From NCBI GenBank assembly GCA_963720885.1, contig CAVRGW010000004.1:137661-201660 (forward strand): a stretch of 64,000 nucleotides of DNA, given 5' to 3'. The position numbers and the translations under genes were made by a program. Positions 57,631 through 64,000 of the stretch are shown here, one piece after another; the first letter of the stretch is position 1; each line of letters begins with the position of its first letter. Under the pieces are notes generated by a model, which did no database searches, was not told the DNA's origin, and saw nothing but the letters and a program-made list of their open reading frames with translations. Source of the DNA: an uncultured Actinomycetes bacterium. Its GTDB lineage: Bacteria; Actinomycetota; Thermoleophilia; Gaiellales; JAICJC01.

Positions 57631-58625
57631 TGGCGATCAACGCACTCAACGTGACCAAACAGTTCGGGGACTTCGTGGCTCTCGACGACGTCTCGCTGGA
57701 AATCCCGGACGGTTCTCTGACCGCCCTGCTCGGGCCCAGCGGCAGCGGCAAGTCCACGCTGCTGCGAGTGATCGCGGGGCTGGAGAAGCCCGACACCGGC
57801 ACCGTCAGCCTGGGCGGCCGAGACGTGACCTCGCTGCCCGCGCACAAGCGCGGAATCGGCTTCGTGTTCCAGCACTACGCCGCGTTCAAGCACATGACCG
57901 TCGCCAAGAACATCGCGTTCGGCCTGGAGATCCGGCGCCGGCCCAAGGCCGAGGTCAAGGATCGGGTGGCCGAGCTGATCGAGCTCGTCCACCTGGAGGG
58001 CCTGGGCGACCGCTACCCGTCGCAGCTCTCGGGAGGCCAGAGGCAGCGCATGGCGCTGGCCCGCGCACTGGCCGTCGAGCCCGAGGTGCTGCTGCTGGAC
58101 GAGCCGTTCGGCGCGCTCGACGCCCGTGTGCGCAAGGACCTCCGCGAGTGGCTGCGCCGCCTGCACGATGAGGTCCACGTGACGACCGTGATCGTGACCC
58201 ACGATCAGGAGGAGGCGATGGAGGTCGCCGACACCGTGGTCGTCATGCACCAGGGCACGATCCAGCAGACCGGCGGTCCGCGTGAGCTGTACGAGGAGCC
58301 CGTCAACCAGTTCGTGATGGGCTTCGTCGGCCCGGTCTCGCACCTGGGCGACGCGATGGTGCGCCCGCACGACGTCGAGATCCGCCACGCCGAGAACGGC
58401 ACGACGCTGCCCGCCATGGTCGAGCGCGTCGTCCACCTCGGCTGGGAGGTCCGGGTCAACCTGCGCCTCGAGAGCGGCGAGGTGCTGGTCGCTCAGCTGA
58501 CCCGCGACGAGGCCGACGCCCTGGCCGTCGAGGCCGGGCAGGCCGTCTTCGTCCGGCCGCGCAAGGTGCGCCGCTGGAGCGAGGGCGAGAGCGAACCCGA
58601 GGTCGTGAGCGCCCGCCCCCGCTGA
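57630..58625 (+). CDS. cysA: Sulfate ABC transporter ATP-binding protein CysA
   Basis: Tail of ORF 57354..58625 from the ATG at 57630, overlapping the cysW stop. [30 protein letters not shown], and a TOBE-like C-terminus. Confidence 0.9.
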   Translation: MAINALNVTKQFGDFVALDDVSLEIPDGSLTALLGPSGSGKSTLLRVIAGLEKPDTGTVSLGGRDVTSLPAHKRGIGFVFQHYAAFKHMTVAKNIAFGLEIRRRPKAEVKDRVAELIELVHLEGLGDRYPSQLSGGQRQRMALARALAVEPEVLLLDEPFGALDARVRKDLREWLRRLHDEVHVTTVIVTHDQEEAMEVADTVVVMHQGTIQQTGGPRELYEEPVNQFVMGFVGPVSHLGDAMVRPHDVEIRHAENGTTLPAMVERVVHLGWEVRVNLRLESGEVLVAQLTRDEADALAVEAGQAVFVRPRKVRRWSEGESEPEVVSARPR

Positions 58626-58647
58626 GGGGCCGGGCGCTCACCGCACC

Positions 58648-61458
58648 TCACTCGTACTGCAGCGCCTCCAGCACGTTCAGCTTCGCTGCCCGCCGTGCGG
58701 GCAGGATCGCCGCCAGGATGCCGAAGATCGTGGCCACGATCAGGAAGCCGAACAGCTGGCTGTACGGCACGACGAACACCAGGCCCTGGTCGGCCAGTCC
58801 CTGGGCGACGATCCAGCCGAACAGCAGCCCGACGCAGATGCCGAAGACGCCGCCGATGATCGCCGTGATCGTCGATTCGTAGCGGATCACACGGCGTAGC
58901 TGGCGGCGGGTCATTCCCACCGCCCGCAGCATGCCGATCTCCCGCGTCCGTTCGAAGACGGAGAGCGCCAGCGTGTTGACGATCCCGATCAGGCTGATGA
59001 TCAGGCACATCGCCAGCAGGATGTAGAGGAACATCAGCAGGCCGTTGACGAAATCCTCGGCGTCCTTCTTGTACTGGGCGTTGGTCTGCACCTTGGCCGA
59101 GGGGAACGACTTCAGCGCCTGCGTGATCGCCTTCTGTGCCTGTGCGCCGGCGGGTCCGGGCTCGAACGAGACCAGCACGATCTGCGGGTCCTTGCCGCCC
59201 GGCGCGAACGTGTCCAGCGTCGTCGACGGGATGATCAGGCCGGTCATCAGGTTCGGGTCCTTGTACTCGCCCGCAACCGTCAGGTGCAGCTTGTTGCCGT
59301 CGATGCTGGTCAGGTTGAAGGTGCCACCCGGGCTCAGGTCGTGCGACTTGGCGAACTGCTCCTCGATCAGCGCCTGGTTGGGGCCGAGGTCGTGCAGCAG
59401 CGTGTCCGAGCCGCCGTTCAGCCAGTCGAACTTGTAGACGTTCGAGAAGGTGGCGGGGTCGACGCCGTTGACGGAGTCGGTGCCGCCGTTGTTGATCTTG
59501 GCCTCCGTGAACTGGATGCCGCTGGCCGTCTGGACGCCCGGCACCTTGCCGGCGGCCTCCACCACCGGCGCCGGGATTGACTGGAAGTTCTGGCCCTGGA
59601 TGATCATATCGCTGGTGATCGAGCGGTCGATCGCCCCCAGGAACGAGTCCTTGAAGCCGTTGACGAACACCGCCACGAACACGATCAGCGCGACGCCGAT
59701 CATCAGCGCCGCCGACGTCACCGCCGTCCTGCCGGGGTTGCGTGAGGTGTTCTCACGGGCCAGCACACCGGTCGTCGGCGAGGATGCGTCCCACGGCCAC
59801 TCGCGCGGCCGCCGCTCCCACAGCACCAGCACGAACGTGCTGCCGAATGCCAGCACGATGGCGACCCCGATCAGGGTGCCGGTGCTGATCCCACCGAGCA
59901 GGATCGCCACGACGATCAGCGCGGTGATCAGACCGACCCAGACGTAGCCGAGCGTCAGCCCGTAGCCGACGCGGCGCAGCAGCGGGCCGACGAACGGAAT
60001 CCGGTCGCGGACGCCGCCCAGGAACCGCCAGACACGGAGCGCGAGCTCGAGCACGGCGCCCAGCACGGCGGCGATCGGGACGATGAGCAGACGCGAGAGC
60101 ATGGCGACGCCCAGGAAGGCGATGATCGCGCCGGCCGCCATCGTCAGCAGGATCCGGGTGCCGCTCCCGTTGCCGCGAATGGCGTACGCGATCATCCCGA
60201 CACCGAGTGCCGCCACGGCCGCGCCGATGTAGGGCACGTACGGCGCCAGCCGCCCGGCCGGAAGCACGAAGCCCTCGCGCAGCGCCGCGATCGGCGGCAC
60301 GCGGGTGGCCTTCAGCGCCGGGACGATCGACGCGACCAGCGCCGCGCCGAGGCCGACGCCCAGCGGCAGCAGGACGCTCCAGACCAACGGGATCGAGATC
60401 GCCGCCGTCGGCAGGTCGACGCCGGCCGCCTTGAACAGGGCGTTCAGCCCGACGGCCAGCAGGATGCCGAAGCCGATCCCGACCAACGAGGCGACCAGCC
60501 CCATCAGCGCGGCCTCGAGAAGCACCGACCGCAGCACCTGTCGGCGGCTGGCGCCCAGTGTCCGCAGCATCGCAAACTCCCGCATCCGCTGGGCCACGGT
60601 GATCGAGTAGGTGTTGAAGATGATGAACAGGCCGACGAACACCGCCGCGCCGGCGAAGGCGAGCAGGATGTAGGTGATGAAGTTGGTCGAGCCCTCGACC
60701 TGGCTGGTCTGCTCGTCGGCGTTCTCGGTACCGGTCTGCACCTTGACATCGTCCGGTACCACCGCCTGGACGTTCGTCTTCAGCTCCGAGGGCGAGACGC
60801 CGTCCTGCGCCTGGATGTAGACGACCGAGGTCTTGCCGATCCGGTCGTACCACTGCTGCGCGTCGGAGAACGTCGGCACGACCAGCGTCGAGCCGCCGAT
60901 CGACGAGACGCCGGCAAGCTTGAAGACGCCGGAGATGGTGACCGGCACGACGCCCTTGTCGGTGGCGAGCTTGACCGGGTCGCCGGTCGTCAGGTGCTCG
61001 TCGTTCGCGAGCTTCTGGTTGATGGCGACGGTGCCCTCGTCAGGCGGACCGCCGCTGGTGAACTGGGAGTTGGAGAAGGGCTCGGTGACGTACGAGAAGA
61101 CCAGGTTGGGGGCGCCGCCCGACCCGGTCACGTACTTGCCATTGACGACGATCGAGCCGGTGGCCTGGATCTGGCCCTCGGCCTTCTCGACGCCGTCGGC
61201 GGTCTTGGCGGTGGCGATCACCGACTCCGGGAGCGGGCCGGCAACCGCGCCGTTGTCGGACGTAAAGGCGGTCTTCTTGGACAGCACGACGTCGATGCCC
61301 TTGTTGCTCTCGTGGAAGATGTTCGAGAACGCGTTGTTGATCTGGTCGCGGAGGATGAAGGTGCCCGTGATCATCGACGTGCCGAGCACGATCGAAAGCG
61401 CCGTCAGCACCGTGCGGAGCTTGCGGCCCCACAGTCCGCGGAGGGCTACCTGCATCAC
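58648..61458 (-). CDS. ABC transporter permease with two FtsX/MacB-type modules
   Basis: 936 aa. Two repeats of 4-TM FtsX domains (RMREFAMLRTLGASRRQ and RTREIGMLRAVGMTRRQ), each with a large extracytoplasmic domain. Confidence 0.85.
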   Translation of the reverse strand: MMQVALRGLWGRKLRTVLTALSIVLGTSMITGTFILRDQINNAFSNIFHESNKGIDVVLSKKTAFTSDNGAVAGPLPESVIATAKTADGVEKAEGQIQATGSIVVNGKYVTGSGGAPNLVFSYVTEPFSNSQFTSGGPPDEGTVAINQKLANDEHLTTGDPVKLATDKGVVPVTISGVFKLAGVSSIGGSTLVVPTFSDAQQWYDRIGKTSVVYIQAQDGVSPSELKTNVQAVVPDDVKVQTGTENADEQTSQVEGSTNFITYILLAFAGAAVFVGLFIIFNTYSITVAQRMREFAMLRTLGASRRQVLRSVLLEAALMGLVASLVGIGFGILLAVGLNALFKAAGVDLPTAAISIPLVWSVLLPLGVGLGAALVASIVPALKATRVPPIAALREGFVLPAGRLAPYVPYIGAAVAALGVGMIAYAIRGNGSGTRILLTMAAGAIIAFLGVAMLSRLLIVPIAAVLGAVLELALRVWRFLGGVRDRIPFVGPLLRRVGYGLTLGYVWVGLITALIVVAILLGGISTGTLIGVAIVLAFGSTFVLVLWERRPREWPWDASSPTTGVLARENTSRNPGRTAVTSAALMIGVALIVFVAVFVNGFKDSFLGAIDRSITSDMIIQGQNFQSIPAPVVEAAGKVPGVQTASGIQFTEAKINNGGTDSVNGVDPATFSNVYKFDWLNGGSDTLLHDLGPNQALIEEQFAKSHDLSPGGTFNLTSIDGNKLHLTVAGEYKDPNLMTGLIIPSTTLDTFAPGGKDPQIVLVSFEPGPAGAQAQKAITQALKSFPSAKVQTNAQYKKDAEDFVNGLLMFLYILLAMCLIISLIGIVNTLALSVFERTREIGMLRAVGMTRRQLRRVIRYESTITAIIGGVFGICVGLLFGWIVAQGLADQGLVFVVPYSQLFGFLIVATIFGILAAILPARRAAKLNVLEALQYE

Positions 61459-62204
61459 AGCGCACTGACCTCCGCCATCGCCGCCATCACGTCCGAGGCC
61501 TCCGAGCGGCCCTGGTCGCGGACGATCTGGCCGTCCGCCAGGAACAGCACGCGATCGGCCATCGCCGCCGCGTTGGCGTCGTGGGTGACCATCACCGTGG
61601 TCTGCCCGTAGGTCGTCACCGTGGCGCGAAGCAGGTGGAGGATCTCGCCACTGGTATGCGAGTCCAGGTTGCCGGTCGGCTCGTCGGCGAACATCACGGT
61701 CGGCCGCGACGCCAGCGCCCGGGCGATCGCCACGCGCTGCTGCTGGCCGCCGGAGAGCTCGGACGGCCGGTGCTTGCGACGGTCGTCGAGCCCGACCTGG
61801 TCGATGATCTCGTTCGCCCAGGTCTGGTCGACGTTCTCGCCTGCCAGCCGCAGCGGCAGCAGGATGTTCTCCTCCGCCGTGAGCATGGGCAGCAGGTTGA
61901 AGAACTGGAAGATGAACCCGATGTGGTCCCGCCGCAGCTGGGTCAACTGCGTGTCCGACATCTTGGTGATGTCGTTGCCAGCGATAGACACACGGCCGGT
62001 GGTCGGCAGGTCGAGGCCAGCCAGGATGTGCATCAGCGTGGACTTGCCCGATCCTGACGGCCCCATGACGGCGGTGAACTGCCCGGTGGGGATCGTCAGC
62101 GAGATGCCTCGAAGTGCCTCGACGGCCGTGTCGCCGACGCCGTATGTGCGGGTGATGTCGAACGCCTCGACGGCAGCATTCGGCTCACTGTGGTGTTCGG
62201 TCAT
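61455..62204 (-). CDS. ABC transporter ATP-binding protein (MacB/LolD-like)
   Basis: ORF 61455..62240 trimmed to the ATG at 62204 behind [42 protein letters not shown]. Confidence 0.9.
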   Translation of the reverse strand: MTEHHSEPNAAVEAFDITRTYGVGDTAVEALRGISLTIPTGQFTAVMGPSGSGKSTLMHILAGLDLPTTGRVSIAGNDITKMSDTQLTQLRRDHIGFIFQFFNLLPMLTAEENILLPLRLAGENVDQTWANEIIDQVGLDDRRKHRPSELSGGQQQRVAIARALASRPTVMFADEPTGNLDSHTSGEILHLLRATVTTYGQTTVMVTHDANAAAMADRVLFLADGQIVRDQGRSEASDVMAAMAEVSAL

Positions 62205-62267
62205 GCGACCTCCTTCCCAGTCCGCCTCCTCGCCTTGCACGATAGCGAAGGCAGTGTGACGGGATCG

Positions 62268-62540
62268 TTACCGCGACTCGGTGCGGCAGATGTCGAGCAC
62301 GAGAGCCACCAGCTCCCCCAGCCGGGCGTCGGACAGCGGGCCGGCGTTGACCGCCCGCAGGTCCTCCAGCAGCCGCTCCTCGCGGCCCGGGTCGCTGATC
62401 GGATATCCGTGCTCGTGCTTGTGGCTGAACAGCGCGGAGACCAGCTCGATCCGCTGGTTCAGGGCACCGACGATCGCCACGTCCTGCTCGGTGATACGGC
62501 GGCGGTACTCCTGGACGGCGGGGTCGTCGGCGGGCTCCAC
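62268..62540 (-). CDS. Chorismate mutase (AroQ class)
   Basis: 90 aa all-helical protein. YRRRITEQDVAIVGALNQRIELVSALFSHK...DPGREERLLEDL follows the AroQ pattern. Confidence 0.8.
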   Translation of the reverse strand: MEPADDPAVQEYRRRITEQDVAIVGALNQRIELVSALFSHKHEHGYPISDPGREERLLEDLRAVNAGPLSDARLGELVALVLDICRTESR

Positions 62541-62561
62541 GGTCGGCAGAGTGTACCGAGG

Positions 62562-63233
62562 TCAGCCGGTGGCCAGCGCGATCACCAGCGCCGTCAGGTT
62601 GACGGCCGCGTGCGCTGCCATGCCGGGCAACACGCTGTCGGATCGGCGCCGCGCCTCCCCCAGGGCGAGGCCGGCGATGGCGACCACCGGTAGCACGCGG
62701 ATCGTGCCGTGCGCGATCGCGAACAGGCCGGCGGTCAGCCCGAGGGCGTGGCTGCCGAAGGCGGCGAACCCGAGCCCGCGGAACAGCAGCTCCTCGCAGA
62801 TCGGCACGAGCACCACCAGCACGGCGATCGCGACCGCCAGCAGCGCCCATTCCGAGCCGTCGCGCGGGCCGCGGTCGGGTGCGATGCCCTGGGCCTCGTC
62901 GCCGTGCAGCAGCGGCTCCAGCGCCAGGCTGGACACGAGGATCACCGCGAAGGCGGCTGCGGCCAGTTGCGCCGCCCGGAGGGGGTCGACGGGACGGATC
63001 GCCAGCACCGGGCGGATCGAGCGCTTCGACACCCATGCGGCGAACACTGCGTAGCCGCCGATCACCAGCGCGGTGACCGCAGCCGCTGCAACGTACGAGC
63101 CCTTGTAGACCCCGTTCGACTGGTCGTTGGCAGTCGCCAGGTTGGCGGCGATGAAGTTCGCGGTGAAGACGACCGCCGGCGGCAGCATCCACCAGGCCGG
63201 GACCCGCGTCCGCTGTGCGGGATCGGCGCTCAC
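62562..63233 (-). CDS. CPBP-family (CAAX/Abi) intramembrane glutamic protease
   Basis: 223 aa. ICEELLFRG (EExxxR), FAIAHG and MAAHAAVN are motifs of the CPBP family. Confidence 0.8.
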   Translation of the reverse strand: MSADPAQRTRVPAWWMLPPAVVFTANFIAANLATANDQSNGVYKGSYVAAAAVTALVIGGYAVFAAWVSKRSIRPVLAIRPVDPLRAAQLAAAAFAVILVSSLALEPLLHGDEAQGIAPDRGPRDGSEWALLAVAIAVLVVLVPICEELLFRGLGFAAFGSHALGLTAGLFAIAHGTIRVLPVVAIAGLALGEARRRSDSVLPGMAAHAAVNLTALVIALATG

Positions 63234-63886
63234 AGGAGCGCGACGACCTCGGTCAGCCGGGCGATCGTCCCCGGCCGGCCGCCCTCACGATCGATGATCC
63301 TCACGTCGATTCCCGCCTCGCGGGCCCCGTCGCCGTCCGCCTCCGGCGTGTCGCCGACGTGCAGCGCCTGCCCCGGTGCCAGCTCCAGCCGCTCCAGCGC
63401 CACCCGGAACGGCGCCGGGTCGGGCTTGGACGCGCCGATCGCCGCCGAGGTGACGACCAGGTCGAAGGCCATCCCCAGCCGGGCGAGCACCTCGTCCAGG
63501 CTGTAGTCCCAGTTCGACACGACGGCGGCGCGCACGTCGCGCCGCTGGAGCTCGGCCAACGTGGGGGCGACGTCGTCGAACAGGCGGTACGCGATCGAGT
63601 CGCCCAGGGTCGCGACGGCAGCGTCGGGGGTGACCGGCAGGCTCAGGCGCTCGACCACGATGCCCGCGCAGTCACGCTCCAGCGCGCGCAGCGACGGCGC
63701 GTCGACCGCCTGGTGGCAGTGCGCAGCGAAGTGAGAGGCCTCGGCGAGGAACGCCGCCTCGACGTCGGCCCGGCCGCGGTCGAGCCCCAGCCGGTCGAGC
63801 ACCGCGCGGTGCAGCCGGCCGAACGGGTCGTCAAGCTCGAACAGCGTCCCGAAGGCGTCGAACAGCACCGCCTGGTAGCGGCTCAC
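63230..63886 (-). CDS. HAD-superfamily hydrolase
   Basis: 218 aa. VLFDAFGTLF (DxD-type motif I), VVSNWD, KPDPAPF and HVGDTPEADGDGA. Confidence 0.8.
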   Translation of the reverse strand: MSRYQAVLFDAFGTLFELDDPFGRLHRAVLDRLGLDRGRADVEAAFLAEASHFAAHCHQAVDAPSLRALERDCAGIVVERLSLPVTPDAAVATLGDSIAYRLFDDVAPTLAELQRRDVRAAVVSNWDYSLDEVLARLGMAFDLVVTSAAIGASKPDPAPFRVALERLELAPGQALHVGDTPEADGDGAREAGIDVRIIDREGGRPGTIARLTEVVALL

Positions 63887-64000
63887 GGGCTCTGGCCGGA
63901 GCCCGCGAGGTTCGGATGCAGGTCGCGCGCGAGCGTCCGCAGCGAGTCGACGACGCGCGGCCCGCTGCGGTCGAGCACAGCGTCGGGCACGATCGCGAAC
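63883..64000 (-). CDS. C-terminal 38 codons of an upstream gene, possibly a periplasmic-binding-protein (BtuF/TroA-like) family member
   Basis: My translation gives ...FAIVPDAVLDRSGPRVVDSLRTLARDLHPNLAGSGQSP*. The RxGPRxVDxL...LHP ending resembles the C-termini of cobalamin/siderophore binding proteins. It is too short for certainty. The stop overlaps the HAD GTG. Confidence 0.4.
   Translation of the reverse strand, partial: FAIVPDAVLDRSGPRVVDSLRTLARDLHPNLAGSGQSP

Noticed and set aside
54561-58625. Genomic island integrated at tRNA-Val
   Set aside because: There is no integrase, excisionase or phage gene. I could find no direct repeat of the tRNA 3' end by eye. The downstream genes are a standard sulfate ABC transporter with host-like codon usage. 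Only the HTH/tRNA overlap is kept as a finding.

Overview
Very GC-rich bacterial chromosomal segment: third codon positions are almost all G/C, and long arginine/alanine-rich antisense ORFs are everywhere. Protein sequences look like a deep-branching actinobacterium (Thermoleophilia/Rubrobacteria-like), but that is inference only. I support about 70 protein genes, 2 tRNAs (Ser-GGA, Val-CAC) and one long-form SRP RNA. I see no transposase, integrase, CRISPR array or rRNA.

The content is mainly core metabolism and housekeeping:
- sucCD, mdh, citrate synthase, a non-classical sdhA-sdhB-CCG-subunit succinate dehydrogenase, and pckA
- ask-asd
- the conserved SRP-RNA/dnaX/ybaB/recR block, and recQ
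- a sulfate ABC transporter, an ECF sigma/anti-sigma pair, and a two-component system
- a Fur / VIT / MMPL iron-type module, and a MacB-like ABC exporter

Things worth a second look:
1. A 105-nt tandem repeat (3 copies, two of them differing at one base) fills the pckA/GNAT intergenic gap.
2. Two other palindromic element loci: a 60-bp palindrome at 29651-29710 and three 29-nt hairpin units at 42706-42802.
3. Four stand-alone cyclic-nucleotide-binding (CNB) proteins plus an MFS transporter fused to a CNB domain.
4. A gap-free seven-gene operon (3287-9998) mixing CoA-ester enzymes, a beta-transaminase-like enzyme, a PfkB kinase, a cytochrome c and a metallochaperone.
5. A translationally coupled zinc-ribbon rhomboid plus PDZ-LonC protease pair.
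6. Single-nucleotide frameshifts in pckA and in an aminotransferase, which are either pseudogenes or assembly errors.
7. An HTH gene whose 3' end lies inside tRNA-Val.

I found no clear-cut, obviously new multi-gene system; the hypotheses in the findings are graded accordingly.

All calls come from reading the translations and the DNA by eye. No BLAST, HMM, tRNAscan or Infernal run was possible, and start codons are best guesses.
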